Below, piece after piece: positions 49,066-58,775 of a stretch of 64,000 nucleotides of DNA. The notes under the pieces are model-generated. The model did not search any database. It saw only the letters and a program-made list of their open reading frames with translations, and was not told the origin of the DNA. This DNA comes from a virus: the IMG/VR virus record IMGVR_UViG_3300047469_000054, positions 2,916-66,915 of that record. The stretch is one strand, 5' to 3'. The position numbers were made by a program, and so were the translations under genes. Each line of letters begins with the position of its first letter. Positions within the stretch are counted from its first letter, which is position 1.

Positions 49066-50445
49066 ATGAAGAAAACAACTGGCCTCATTGGTCGTTTTAA
49101 AAAGGCGTGGGGAACACTACTTTCGCCAAGCTCTACGGGCGGATGGTGGCCGGTGGTCAAGGAAGCATTCGGCGGCGCTTGGCAAAACAATATTGAAATT
49201 AGGAATGATCAAATCACGGCTTATCACGCTGTGTTTGCTTGCGTCACATTGATCGCATCAGATATTTCCAAGCTTGGAATTGATCTTATTCAGAAGTCTG
49301 GCGGCGCTTGGGTGCCAACAACGAATAACGCCTACTCTCCAGTTCTTAGAAAACCCAATAAGAACCAATCTAGAATTCAATTTATTGAAAATTGGATGCT
49401 TTCAAAGCTGTTGACTGGAAACACTTATGTCCTGAAGATTAGGGACGGGCGGGGAGTAGTGACCGGACTCAAGATTCTTGACCCCATCAATACGAAGCCA
49501 TTGATTTCTCCAGATGGAAGTGTTTTCTACTCAACGTCGGAAGATAATTTCAATGGTCTGACGAGTGGTGATGTTGGCGAGGCTTTCCCCGCCAGCGAGA
49601 TCATTCATGATAGATTCAATTGCATGTTTCATCCTCTTATCGGCGTGTCTCCTCTTTATGCATGTGGACTTGCCGCAATGCAGGGATATTACATTCAAAC
49701 AAGCCAAACTAAATTGTTTGAAAATGGCGTACAGGCTCCGGGCATCTTGACCGCTCCTGGCGCCATTGGCGACGCGACGGCGGCTAGGCTAAAGGCGCAT
49801 TGGGAAGAGAACTATACCGGTGAAAAAAACTATGGTAAGGTTGCCGTATTGGGCGATGGGCTTAAGTTCGAAAAAATGTCCATGACGGCGGCAGATTCGC
49901 AGCTTATCGAGCAATTGCGCTGGACGGCTGAAGTTATTTGTTCTGTTTTTCACGTTCCTCCATACATGATCGGCGTTGGCGAAGCGCCGCCATATACCAA
50001 TATTCAATCTGTTAATATGCAATACTATACTCAGGCATTGCAGAATCCAATTGAATCCATTGAGCTTTGCCTTGATGAGGGGCTTAACCTGCCTTCAGAT
50101 ATTGGCGTGCAGATGGACATTGATGGCCTATTGCGCATGGATGAGCAGACGCGCTCAACTACGTTGACCAATTATTCCAAGGCTGGCGTTTTGAAATTGA
50201 ATGAAGTTCGTAATAAGATTGGATATCAGAACATGGTAGGTGGTAATTCTGCCTTCCTTCAGCAACAGAACTTTAGCGTTACGGCCTTGGCTAAGCGCGA
50301 TGCCGGTGCCGATCCATTCGCTACAGCGCCAGCACAGCCAGTGCCATCTACGGATACAAACGACAATGGCGACAATCAAGATGCAGCAAAGCTTTTTGAG
50401 CATATGTCAAAGTCTATCAAGGAAGGAATTCGCTTTGAAATTTGA
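49066..50445 (+). CDS. Portal protein (HK97 family)
   Basis: AVFAC..LIA.DI.KL, P..N......F, GN.Y, EIIH.R, G.SP, EVIC.VF.VPP. Confidence 0.92.
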   Translation: MKKTTGLIGRFKKAWGTLLSPSSTGGWWPVVKEAFGGAWQNNIEIRNDQITAYHAVFACVTLIASDISKLGIDLIQKSGGAWVPTTNNAYSPVLRKPNKNQSRIQFIENWMLSKLLTGNTYVLKIRDGRGVVTGLKILDPINTKPLISPDGSVFYSTSEDNFNGLTSGDVGEAFPASEIIHDRFNCMFHPLIGVSPLYACGLAAMQGYYIQTSQTKLFENGVQAPGILTAPGAIGDATAARLKAHWEENYTGEKNYGKVAVLGDGLKFEKMSMTAADSQLIEQLRWTAEVICSVFHVPPYMIGVGEAPPYTNIQSVNMQYYTQALQNPIESIELCLDEGLNLPSDIGVQMDIDGLLRMDEQTRSTTLTNYSKAGVLKLNEVRNKIGYQNMVGGNSAFLQQQNFSVTALAKRDAGADPFATAPAQPVPSTDTNDNGDNQDAAKLFEHMSKSIKEGIRFEI

Positions 50446-51931
50446 TACATTCGAGGCCATCGAAAAGGCCATGGAAAATATTAAGTCTGCAATTACGAAG
50501 ACGGTTGAGCCAATCGTAGTTGAAGTGCGTGCCGTTAAGGCGGCCATTGGCGATGCTGTTTCGCGTATCGGTGAAGTTGAGGTGCTGGCCTCCAGACTTG
50601 ATAATCATCTTACAGAAGCCAATGAAACGGCCGCCGCTGCACTTGAGACATCTATGGAGGCCGTTAAGACGGTTGAGCAGATTCGTGGCGAATTCGGCAC
50701 GTTTGCTGATGACGCCGTGAGGATCATTGATGAACGCGTGGCGACTATTGAGGTTAAGCATGGCGTTGATGGTAAGGACGGCACTAACGGCCTAAATGGC
50801 GATCATGCGCCCTTTGTCGAGAGCGTGTATAATGATGGCGGCCAACTGCACTTCGTCATGTCGGACGGCAAGTCATTCGCCATTACTGCCCCGTCAGATG
50901 GTGAAGACGGCAAGGATGGCGTTGGTATTCATGATATTGACATTAATGAAGCTGGTGAGCTTTTCTATGTTCTTACGAACAATAAGGAAGTTGCATTCAA
51001 CATCGGCAAAGTTCGCGGCGAAGATGGCGATAGCATCACATCTGCTCACGTTGATGTTGATGGCAAGCTTTCTTTCGGGACGGCAAGGGGTAAGACGATT
51101 GACGTTGAGGATATTCGCCTTAAGGCCGATGTCGTTAACGGCGTTGATGGTAAGGACGCTCCGAAGATTGAGAGCATTTCTATCGCTGATGATTCTCGTG
51201 AAATCGAGATTGTCCTGTCAGATGGTGTGAAGCACTTTATTCCAGCACCAAAGGACGGCAAGGATGGCGTTGACGGTAAAGATGCCCCGGCCATTGAAGT
51301 CGTGAAGAAGACCAGCGAGGGCCGCTTGGTCTTCGGCATGTCAGATGGAAAATCATTCGAGATTGATGCACCAAAGGACGGCAAGGATGGCGTTGACGGA
51401 ACCAATGGCTTGGATGGCGTTAATTTAGTTGATGCCCTGATCGACTCTGAAAATCGCCTTGTTCTAACGACATCCAACGGAACCGTTAAGACTCTTGATG
51501 TCGTCGTCGGCTCCGATGGTAAGGACGGCGTTGATGGCGCCCCAGGTAAAAATGGAGCCGATGGCTTTGGCTTTGATGACATGGCTATGGAGTATGATGG
51601 TGAGCGCGGCCTTTCTATCGTGTATTCTCAGGGTGACCGCGTGAAGTCTATTGACTTTCATTTGCCTATTCCAATCTATAGGGGCCAATTTGATTCGGCT
51701 AAAAGCTATGAGCGCGGAGATATGGTCACACACTTTGGTGCCGTGTATCATTTCGATGGCGGTGATAATGGCATCCCTGGTTCAGCCAAATCTTGGCAAT
51801 TGTCTATCCGCGCTGGTGTCGATGGCAAGGCGGGTGCGCCCGGTACACCTGGGAAGCCGGGAAAGAAGGGCGAGACCGGTCGCCCCGGTAGAGATCTTAC
51901 GCAGATTGGCCCTGATGGGAGTAAATGGTAA
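50435..51931 (+). CDS. Collagen-like DGKDG-repeat structural protein (head fibre/decoration candidate)
   Basis: Multiple DGKDG/G-X-X runs alternating with beta modules; Y.G.F.....Y.RGD.VT; TTG start overlapping the portal end. Confidence 0.7.
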   Translation: MKFDTFEAIEKAMENIKSAITKTVEPIVVEVRAVKAAIGDAVSRIGEVEVLASRLDNHLTEANETAAAALETSMEAVKTVEQIRGEFGTFADDAVRIIDERVATIEVKHGVDGKDGTNGLNGDHAPFVESVYNDGGQLHFVMSDGKSFAITAPSDGEDGKDGVGIHDIDINEAGELFYVLTNNKEVAFNIGKVRGEDGDSITSAHVDVDGKLSFGTARGKTIDVEDIRLKADVVNGVDGKDAPKIESISIADDSREIEIVLSDGVKHFIPAPKDGKDGVDGKDAPAIEVVKKTSEGRLVFGMSDGKSFEIDAPKDGKDGVDGTNGLDGVNLVDALIDSENRLVLTTSNGTVKTLDVVVGSDGKDGVDGAPGKNGADGFGFDDMAMEYDGERGLSIVYSQGDRVKSIDFHLPIPIYRGQFDSAKSYERGDMVTHFGAVYHFDGGDNGIPGSAKSWQLSIRAGVDGKAGAPGTPGKPGKKGETGRPGRDLTQIGPDGSKW

Positions 51932-52251
51932 TGGCAGATCCAATCGACATTGTAACGCTTGATCAGGCTAAGCGCCGCCTTCGCATCCTTCATGCGGATG
52001 AAGATGCATCAATTGAGGAGATGATTACTGAGGCAAGCGCCGCAATTCTGGATTACATTAAGGCCGCCGATGATGCAACATGGACATCAGTGCAAATGCT
52101 GTGTCTGAAAACGGGAACATTGAACATGGTGCAATGGCTATATAATGGGTCGCCAAAGTCATCCGATGAAGACATTGGGCAGGCAGACGGATATCTTCCC
52201 AAGAGCGTAACTATGTTCCTCCATCGCCTTAGAGATCCGGCGCTAGCATAA
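51931..52251 (+). CDS. Head-tail connector (HK97 gp6-like)
   Basis: VTL.QAK..LRI....ED..I......AS..I.DY...LP..V...L..LRDPA. Confidence 0.8.
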   Translation: MADPIDIVTLDQAKRRLRILHADEDASIEEMITEASAAILDYIKAADDATWTSVQMLCLKTGTLNMVQWLYNGSPKSSDEDIGQADGYLPKSVTMFLHRLRDPALA

Positions 52252-52433
52252 TGGCATGGGTGAGGTTTACCCAAGATTGGCCATGGATGAAGCCGCGCTT
52301 CACTGTGGCATATAAGCGAGGCATGGTGCAGAACATAACGCGCCAATGCCTTGCGGACGCAACGAAAGCGGGGGTGATTGTGCGCCTGTATCGAAAGAAC
52401 AAGAATGATCCATTTTCGGAGATTGAGCCATGA
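52251..52433 (+). CDS. Small neck-region protein
   Basis: Coupled ORF in the neck module. Confidence 0.5.
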   Translation: MAWVRFTQDWPWMKPRFTVAYKRGMVQNITRQCLADATKAGVIVRLYRKNKNDPFSEIEP

Positions 52434-52780
52434 GACCAAGCGGAAGATTTCTTTTGAGCTTTCAAAAGCGAGGCGATGCCGATGACGGATTTGGGAATAT
52501 CCTTCCGGGCGCCGGAGATTTTGCAGAAGCATTTAAGGCATACGCCGATATGTCGCCAATGCGCGTTGGAAGCGAGGCGGTTATTGCGGCCCGCTTGGCA
52601 GGAACGCAGCCGCTTAACGTTCGCATCATTGCCAGTGAGGCCGCGCGCACAATGAATTCTGCTTGGCGGGCAGTTGATGTTAGGAATCCATTGCGACAAT
52701 TCAACATCACGGCGATTGTCGATCCTACTGGCGAGAATAAATATCTCGATATTGCCATGACCGAAGGCGTTGTGCAATGA
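52430..52780 (+). CDS. Head closure / head-tail adaptor
   Basis: DDG.GN, G.E.V.A.RL.G.QP, WR..D.R, FNI..I.DP. Confidence 0.75.
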   Translation: MRPSGRFLLSFQKRGDADDGFGNILPGAGDFAEAFKAYADMSPMRVGSEAVIAARLAGTQPLNVRIIASEAARTMNSAWRAVDVRNPLRQFNITAIVDPTGENKYLDIAMTEGVVQ

Positions 52781-53283
52781 CGATTAAGGGGCTTACATCT
52801 CTACAGCGGAAACTAAGGGCACTCCCTACGGTGGCCCGCACGGCTATTCAAGATGCCATGGAGAAGTCGGCGCAAGAGATTGTCGATATGATGAAGGGTC
52901 TCGTTGTCGTTCGTGACGGCCACTTGCGCGATTCCATTGGGTGGACATGGGGAAAGGCTCCAAAGGGTTCGCTTAAGGTTGGTGCGATTATGGGTGGGAG
53001 TTCGGCTGATTTGATCATAACGATTTATGCGGGTGATGCTGAAGCCTTTTATGCTCGCTGGATTGAGTTCGGCACATCTCCTCACAGTACAGCAAAGGGC
53101 GGTGGAACGAAGGCTGGTAAGAAATCCTTGGCGCGCGGCGGCGGTATTCAGCACCCCGGCACAAGAGCGCAGCCATTCTTTTTTGTCAGTTATCGCGCGA
53201 ATAAAAAGCGTGCAAAATCTAGAATAACTAGAGCAGTAAACAAGGCGGGCCGCACGGTCGCCGCGCAAGGAGGCGGGAAGTAA
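52777..53283 (+). CDS. HK97 gp10-like neck protein
   Basis: GL..L..KL, G.LRDSI, FYA.WIEFGT, A.PFF. Confidence 0.8.
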   Translation: MTIKGLTSLQRKLRALPTVARTAIQDAMEKSAQEIVDMMKGLVVVRDGHLRDSIGWTWGKAPKGSLKVGAIMGGSSADLIITIYAGDAEAFYARWIEFGTSPHSTAKGGGTKAGKKSLARGGGIQHPGTRAQPFFFVSYRANKKRAKSRITRAVNKAGRTVAAQGGGK

Positions 53284-53729
53284 TGGCAGACCCAATTAAC
53301 GAGCTTAAGGCGAAAGTTTTCGCCACCTTAAAGGCAAGCGCGCCACTATCCGCATTAGTTGGCAGCCGCGTGTATGATGTTGTGCCGGTCGATCCGAATA
53401 CGTTTCTTTACACCGGTCAATATCCGTATGTGGCTCTAAGCAACACTGATGCGACCGAAGATAGCGCAGACTGCATCAATGCTCTGGATATCTCGATGCA
53501 GATAGACTTCTATACCTATGGCACGGGTCCCGCATACTCCACGGCGCAAGCGTCGGCTGGTGCAGACCTTGTTCGCCGCGCCTTAAAGCCGCTGTCGCTT
53601 GATGAGGAGGCGCTTCCGACAAACGCATTGTCAGCTTTCGAGCATCGCATAACTCGCCTGATTAGGGCGCAAGATGGACTTACGACGCAGGCGGCGATTA
53701 CATACGACGCCATTGTTGAGGTTCTATAG
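53283..53729 (+). CDS. Tail terminator (DUF3168-like)
   Basis: L.ALVG.RVYD.VP...YPYV. Confidence 0.75.
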   Translation: MADPINELKAKVFATLKASAPLSALVGSRVYDVVPVDPNTFLYTGQYPYVALSNTDATEDSADCINALDISMQIDFYTYGTGPAYSTAQASAGADLVRRALKPLSLDEEALPTNALSAFEHRITRLIRAQDGLTTQAAITYDAIVEVL

Positions 53730-53816
53730 CAACTACTGTATTTTTCATCAAAGATGTTGATGTTTGGCAATCATTTTGCAAGTTATCAACAGTGCACACA
53801 CAAAAGGAGAATATGA

Positions 53817-54263
53817 ATGGCAAAGCCAGTAACAGCCCGTTTTGGCAATTTTACGGTTAAGCTTGGCAACGATGCCGACCCAATCGTTTATGTCGCGCCT
53901 TGCGGCTTCACTTCCAAATCGCTACAGCTTACCAAGGATCTAACGGAGGTTAACATCCCCGATTGCGACGACCCGGATGCAGTATCGTGGGTAGGCCGTG
54001 ATGCGGCGAGTCTTTCTGCTCAGGTTACTGGCGATGGCGTGCTAGCTTCCGAGTCTGTCGATACTTGGCTTGAGGCCTGGGAAAACGTCGAGAGCGTTCC
54101 GATTCAGATTTCGATTGTCTTTCCGGCCAAGACTATTACTTGGACAGGCTTCGCTCAGGTGTCTGAGCTTACGATTGCCGCAGAACAGGGTGGCCGCGTG
54201 ACTATTTCCACGACTATCCAGTCAGACGGCGAGCTTGTTCGCGTTACGACTCCGACGCCATAA
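53817..54263 (+). CDS. Major tail tube protein
   Basis: AAGGAG RBS; APCG.TSK, .PDC..PD...W, SDG; canonical position. Confidence 0.85.
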   Translation: MAKPVTARFGNFTVKLGNDADPIVYVAPCGFTSKSLQLTKDLTEVNIPDCDDPDAVSWVGRDAASLSAQVTGDGVLASESVDTWLEAWENVESVPIQISIVFPAKTITWTGFAQVSELTIAAEQGGRVTISTTIQSDGELVRVTTPTP

Positions 54264-54826
54264 TGAGGGATGCAAAGCTAGAGACTGATTTTGGTGACGG
54301 ATCATATGTCTTTCGCCTTCCGTGGGGTCTACTAGTTGAGCTTCAAGAAAAGCTTGAGAGCGGCCCATATGCCGTTTTCAAGCGTCTTCTTGGCGATGAT
54401 TGGCGCGTAGAGGATATCTCCGAAACGATCCGTCTTGGCCTTATTGGCGGGGATAAGGATATCAAGCCAATCGCCGCCAATAAGCTTGTGACTCGATATG
54501 TTAGGGAGCGTCCGCTTGCGGAGAACGTTCCGTTGGCTCGCGCCATTCTTCAGGTCGCATTATTCGGCGCTGGAGATGAGGAGGACAAACCAAAGGCAAC
54601 GGAAAAGTCTGATGAAGTCGAAACTTCAGATGGCAAGCTGAACATGAAAGCCATTTATGGAGCTGGTGCAGCCATTGGATTCAGTCCGCAACAGGTAAAT
54701 GAAATGTCGGTTTATCAGTTCATCGCTGCCGTTGATGGGTATGTGTCCGCTCACTCCCCGGAAGACAAGACTCTTACGGATGATGAAAAGAAAGAATTGT
54801 TCGATCTAGTAATTGAGCATTCATAG
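54263..54826 (+). CDS. Tail assembly chaperone (GTA-gp10-like), apparently G and T parts in one frame
   Basis: FGDG.Y.FRL....L.ELQEK...GP, IRLGLIGG; C-terminal IYG.GA.IGF.PQQV..MS..QF. Confidence 0.7.
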   Translation: MRDAKLETDFGDGSYVFRLPWGLLVELQEKLESGPYAVFKRLLGDDWRVEDISETIRLGLIGGDKDIKPIAANKLVTRYVRERPLAENVPLARAILQVALFGAGDEEDKPKATEKSDEVETSDGKLNMKAIYGAGAAIGFSPQQVNEMSVYQFIAAVDGYVSAHSPEDKTLTDDEKKELFDLVIEHS

Positions 54827-54882
54827 GATTTTGCCAGTCCATTCGTGGGCTGGCAGTTCTCATTTATGGAGACATTTAAATA

Positions 54883-57048
54883 ATGGCCGCAACAGACCTT
54901 GAAAAGCTTGTAGTTCAGCTTTCCGCAGACATTACGAAATATGAGAAGAGCCTAAATAAGGCGCTGTCCCAAACTAATTCTAACGCCTCCAAAATGGAGA
55001 AGCGTTTTAAATCCATGACTACAAGCATTAATTCCTCATTGAATGGCATCGGTGGCAAGGGATTTGCCTTGGGTAGCGGCTTTTTGGCTGGCGTTATCAG
55101 CGTTGATAAGATCGCGCAATATTCTGATGCGTTTACGACTATTCAAAACTCGCTGAAGATTGCTGGCCTACAGGGGGAAGAGCTTAATTCAGTATTTGAA
55201 AAGCTCACAGCTCAGGCACTAAAGAATCACGCGCCCGTTGATGACTTGGCTAAGCTTTATGGCAAAGCGGCCATGCAGCAAAAGAATCTCGGAGCGTCAT
55301 CGGAAGATCTGCTAAAGTTCACTGACGCCGTAGCTGCGTCATTGCGCGTTTCTGGCACGTCGGCCCAAGACGCTAGCGGCCCGTTGCTCCAGCTTGCGCA
55401 ATCGCTTGGTACTGGTCGCGTCATGGCCGAAGAATTCAATTCTGTTCTTGAGGGTATGCCAGCTCTTGCGGGTGCTATCGCTAACAACATCAAGCAGGCG
55501 AATGGAAGCATCGGCACGCTAAAACAATTAGTGTCTAGCGGCGATATCTCCAGTCGAGCGCTCTTTGACGCGGCAATCCAAGGCGCGCAAGAGCTAAATG
55601 ATAAGGCCAATCTAGCCGGGACTACGATTTCGCAAGCCATGACTGATTTGCGCACCAATCTTATTGTTGCGGTCGGTGGCTTCAATGATGCTACACATGC
55701 TAGTGATTTCTTGGTTAAGGCCATTCAAGACCTTGGCAATGATTTAAAGGGCGCAATTACCGACGTCGAAAATCTTGTAGTGTCGCTTCAAGGCCTAGCA
55801 CCTGGGCCTGCCATCCAAGAGTTGATTACCGGCATTAACGGCGTTGGCCTTGCCGCTCGTGATGCATATGCGCTTGTGCGTCAGCTTGCGGGCGGCGTTG
55901 CGGCTGAAGTCAAAGATAATCTCATGCCAGATCAAGCGGCAAGAGATAGAGAGAGCGCTATTCTAAGCGTTTATACGCCAGATCAGGCGGCAAAGGACAA
56001 GGCCTCTGTTCAGGATACGCTTAATGCCATCGACAAGATGGCTGCTGATAATGCTGAAAAGTTTGATGCGCTTCCCGCCAATGGGCCGCAACCGACATCA
56101 AGGCCAAAGCCGACACCAATTGACCTTGATGATCCAAAGTATGCTGTTCCTGGCCAGAAAGACAAAGCCGGAAGCGGTAAAGCCAAAAAGGAAAAGCTTG
56201 ACGCATATCAGAAAGAAACGCAATCCATCAAGGATCGTACAAACGTTCTGAATGCGGAAACGGCTGCGCAGGCGCAAGTTAATCCGCTGGTTGATGACTA
56301 CGGCTATGCGCTTGCAAAGGCCAAGGCTCAGCAGGACCTTATTAACGCCGCTACGAAGGCGCACAAGCCGATCACGGATGAAATGCGTGCTGCTATCGAC
56401 CTGACGGCGGAAGCGTATGCTCAGGCAAGTGTAGAGGCTGAAAAGCTTGCGGAGAAGCAGAAGAAGGTAAAGGAAACGCAGCAGGAGATTTCCGATACCG
56501 CTAAGGATGTTACGCGCGGTATTGTTGATGGCTTCATCGCGGGTAAAAGTGCCGCAGATATCTTTTCGGACGCATTGACAAAGATCGCGAATAAGCTTCT
56601 CGATTCCGCCTTTGATTCTCTATTCGATTCCAAGTCTAGCGGCGGCGCAGGCTTGGGAGGCGCCATCTCTAAGTTGTTTGGCTTTGCCGATGGCGGCTAT
56701 ACAGGTCCAGGCGGCAAGTATGACGCGGCTGGTATTGTGCATAAGGGCGAATATGTTATCCCTGCCGATAAGGTGAGAAAGATGGGCGTCGGCGGCATTG
56801 AAAGAATGCTTGATGGCTTTGCCGATGGCGGCCCGGTTCAAGCCCCGCGAATTTCCAAGGTTTCGCCTGGAGCGTCTTCTGGTAACGGCTTGTCAATTAA
56901 TTATTCACCCACATATGATAATCGTGGGATTGATTCCGATAGGCTGGCAAGGCTAGAGCAGATCCAAGAAAAAGATAGAAGTGAATTTGCTAGCCGTACC
57001 GTTGATACAATCCGCAAGGCTAGAAATAATAATGTAAAGGGAATCTAA
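54883..57048 (+). CDS. Tape measure protein
   Basis: DLE.LVV.LSAD; tape-measure domain (QL.Q.LG.G....EEFNSVLE.MP); FADGGYTG.GGKY..AGIVH.GEYV. Confidence 0.9.
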   Translation: MAATDLEKLVVQLSADITKYEKSLNKALSQTNSNASKMEKRFKSMTTSINSSLNGIGGKGFALGSGFLAGVISVDKIAQYSDAFTTIQNSLKIAGLQGEELNSVFEKLTAQALKNHAPVDDLAKLYGKAAMQQKNLGASSEDLLKFTDAVAASLRVSGTSAQDASGPLLQLAQSLGTGRVMAEEFNSVLEGMPALAGAIANNIKQANGSIGTLKQLVSSGDISSRALFDAAIQGAQELNDKANLAGTTISQAMTDLRTNLIVAVGGFNDATHASDFLVKAIQDLGNDLKGAITDVENLVVSLQGLAPGPAIQELITGINGVGLAARDAYALVRQLAGGVAAEVKDNLMPDQAARDRESAILSVYTPDQAAKDKASVQDTLNAIDKMAADNAEKFDALPANGPQPTSRPKPTPIDLDDPKYAVPGQKDKAGSGKAKKEKLDAYQKETQSIKDRTNVLNAETAAQAQVNPLVDDYGYALAKAKAQQDLINAATKAHKPITDEMRAAIDLTAEAYAQASVEAEKLAEKQKKVKETQQEISDTAKDVTRGIVDGFIAGKSAADIFSDALTKIANKLLDSAFDSLFDSKSSGGAGLGGAISKLFGFADGGYTGPGGKYDAAGIVHKGEYVIPADKVRKMGVGGIERMLDGFADGGPVQAPRISKVSPGASSGNGLSINYSPTYDNRGIDSDRLARLEQIQEKDRSEFASRTVDTIRKARNNNVKGI

Positions 57049-57049
57049 T

Positions 57050-57700
57050 ATGGCGATCACATTTCCTCGCGATTTTCTAACTGGCTTCCCCGGATGGAAT
57101 ACTGAATTCAAATTGGAATTTAGGCAAGATAAGAGCCGTTCGGCGGGCGGCACTACCTATGTGAAAGATATGGGGACGCCAATATGGCGCGCAACATATA
57201 CGACTCGAGTCCTAAGCCCAAATGAGCTTGATAGATGGAGAGCCATTATCGATACTCAGGACGGCGGGCTGAATGCGTTTATTGCTGTGCCGCTATCAAG
57301 GTGCTATCCAATCCTCTACCCTAACGGTAGCGGCTTGTGGGCAACGACATGGACAAGTGGCGTGACCGGTCAGGGCAATATTTCTGCTATCGTCACACCA
57401 AATAAGGAGATTTCTATTTCTGGTTTGCCAGTCGGATATCAGGCAAGCGTTGGTGATATGGTTCGCATTGGTAGCCGCAATCTCCATCGTATTGTTGGTG
57501 TGTCCGGCCCGGCAAGTGGTGCAGGTGTCATCACCGTTGAAATTCGTCCTGGATTGTGGCCGGAATCCGCAGTAGGTAACGTTGTCTATTTTCCGCGACC
57601 ATGGTGCAGAATGGTTGTCGATCCTAGTAGCGTCTCGACAACGGCGGACAGAACTACTGGACGCGGGACGCTGTCTTTTGATGGATGGGAGTATCGTTAA
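57050..57700 (+). CDS. Distal tail protein-like
   Basis: Position directly after the tape measure gene. Confidence 0.6.
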   Translation: MAITFPRDFLTGFPGWNTEFKLEFRQDKSRSAGGTTYVKDMGTPIWRATYTTRVLSPNELDRWRAIIDTQDGGLNAFIAVPLSRCYPILYPNGSGLWATTWTSGVTGQGNISAIVTPNKEISISGLPVGYQASVGDMVRIGSRNLHRIVGVSGPASGAGVITVEIRPGLWPESAVGNVVYFPRPWCRMVVDPSSVSTTADRTTGRGTLSFDGWEYR

Positions 57701-58332
57701 TGCCAAGGAATATTTCAGCTGCAAACCTATTGGCGCTTCAGCAAGGACTCTTGGTATTTAGAGACTTTGTGTCGATTACAGCTAGAGTCATGGGGTCATC
57801 GGAAACCGTTCGCGATGACATGTGGAGCGACTACGGTAACGTATCTGCGCAAATCATCAATCCTAATACGGGGGCCACGGAAAGCAGAGACTTCTATGGT
57901 TCAGGAACAATCATTTCCATTGATGATATTCCGATGACATCAAACCTTCAGGCGCAAAACGTAAATATCAATATGGGGCAGATCAATGCTCACGTTGAAA
58001 ACCTATTGCGCGGATACGATCTTAGGCAGGCGCCGATAGAAATATATCGCGGCTTTTTCGATCCATCTAGCCGCCTTATGGTTGCTCCAGCTGAAGCTAG
58101 GTTCGTTGGATTTATCGATAGCGTTGAGATTGATACTCCAGCGGAGAATGAGTTCGGAAACGCCATTGCTACTTGCGTTAGCAACACGCAGGAAATTACA
58201 CGCGCAAACTCTGAAACTAGGTCGCAGGCTTCGCAGGCCGTACGCGTTAGCAATGATGGCTTTTTCAACGATAGCGCCACAACTGGAAGTTGGAAAGTAT
58301 GGTGGGGTTCCGTTAAGGGCAAGGTGTCCTAG
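57700..58332 (+). CDS. Tail tip / hub protein
   Basis: Position; F.G.G..I.I..I, F.G.ID, RS..SQ..R...DGFF, WG. Confidence 0.6.
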   Translation: MPRNISAANLLALQQGLLVFRDFVSITARVMGSSETVRDDMWSDYGNVSAQIINPNTGATESRDFYGSGTIISIDDIPMTSNLQAQNVNINMGQINAHVENLLRGYDLRQAPIEIYRGFFDPSSRLMVAPAEARFVGFIDSVEIDTPAENEFGNAIATCVSNTQEITRANSETRSQASQAVRVSNDGFFNDSATTGSWKVWWGSVKGKVS

Positions 58333-58772
58333 TGGCAGTTCGTAAAGCCACCAGGGGCGATGTGTCCACGATCGTTCGCATGGCCGAAATGTTCCATGGG
58401 GAAACTAGATATCCAACTTCATTCAATGATGGCCGAGTAGAGGCTCTAGTGTCAAGAATGATCGGAACATCATCCGCAGTCATATTCGTCGCTGGTGAGC
58501 CTGCCTGTGGTTTCCTGGCTGCATTTAAGGACGTATCTCCCATGACGGGCGAACACTTTGCTAATGAGATAGCCTTTTGGGTTGATCCGTCGCATAGGCG
58601 CGGCAAATATGGTGCCGCGCTCATTGATGCTTATGTTGATTGGGCTAAATCTAATGGATGCGCAGTCGCTAGATTGACGACGCAAGAGAATATGCGTCCG
58701 GAGTTGGTTGAAAGAGTTTATGGCCGTTTTGGATTCGGAAAGCAAGAGACTGCATTTATAAGGAGGCTATAA
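58332..58772 (+). CDS. GNAT acetyltransferase inside the tail module
   Basis: VRKAT..D, E.AFWVDP.HR.G..G..L, Y.R.GF...E. Confidence 0.75.
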   Translation: MAVRKATRGDVSTIVRMAEMFHGETRYPTSFNDGRVEALVSRMIGTSSAVIFVAGEPACGFLAAFKDVSPMTGEHFANEIAFWVDPSHRRGKYGAALIDAYVDWAKSNGCAVARLTTQENMRPELVERVYGRFGFGKQETAFIRRL

Positions 58773-58775
58773 AAT

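Noticed and set aside
50760-51560. DNA repeats GA(T/C)GG(T/C)AAGGA(C/T)GGC and a duplication near 51245/51367
   Set aside because: Explained by DGKDG collagen-like protein repeats; not a DGR or mobile repeat, and no reverse transcriptase is present
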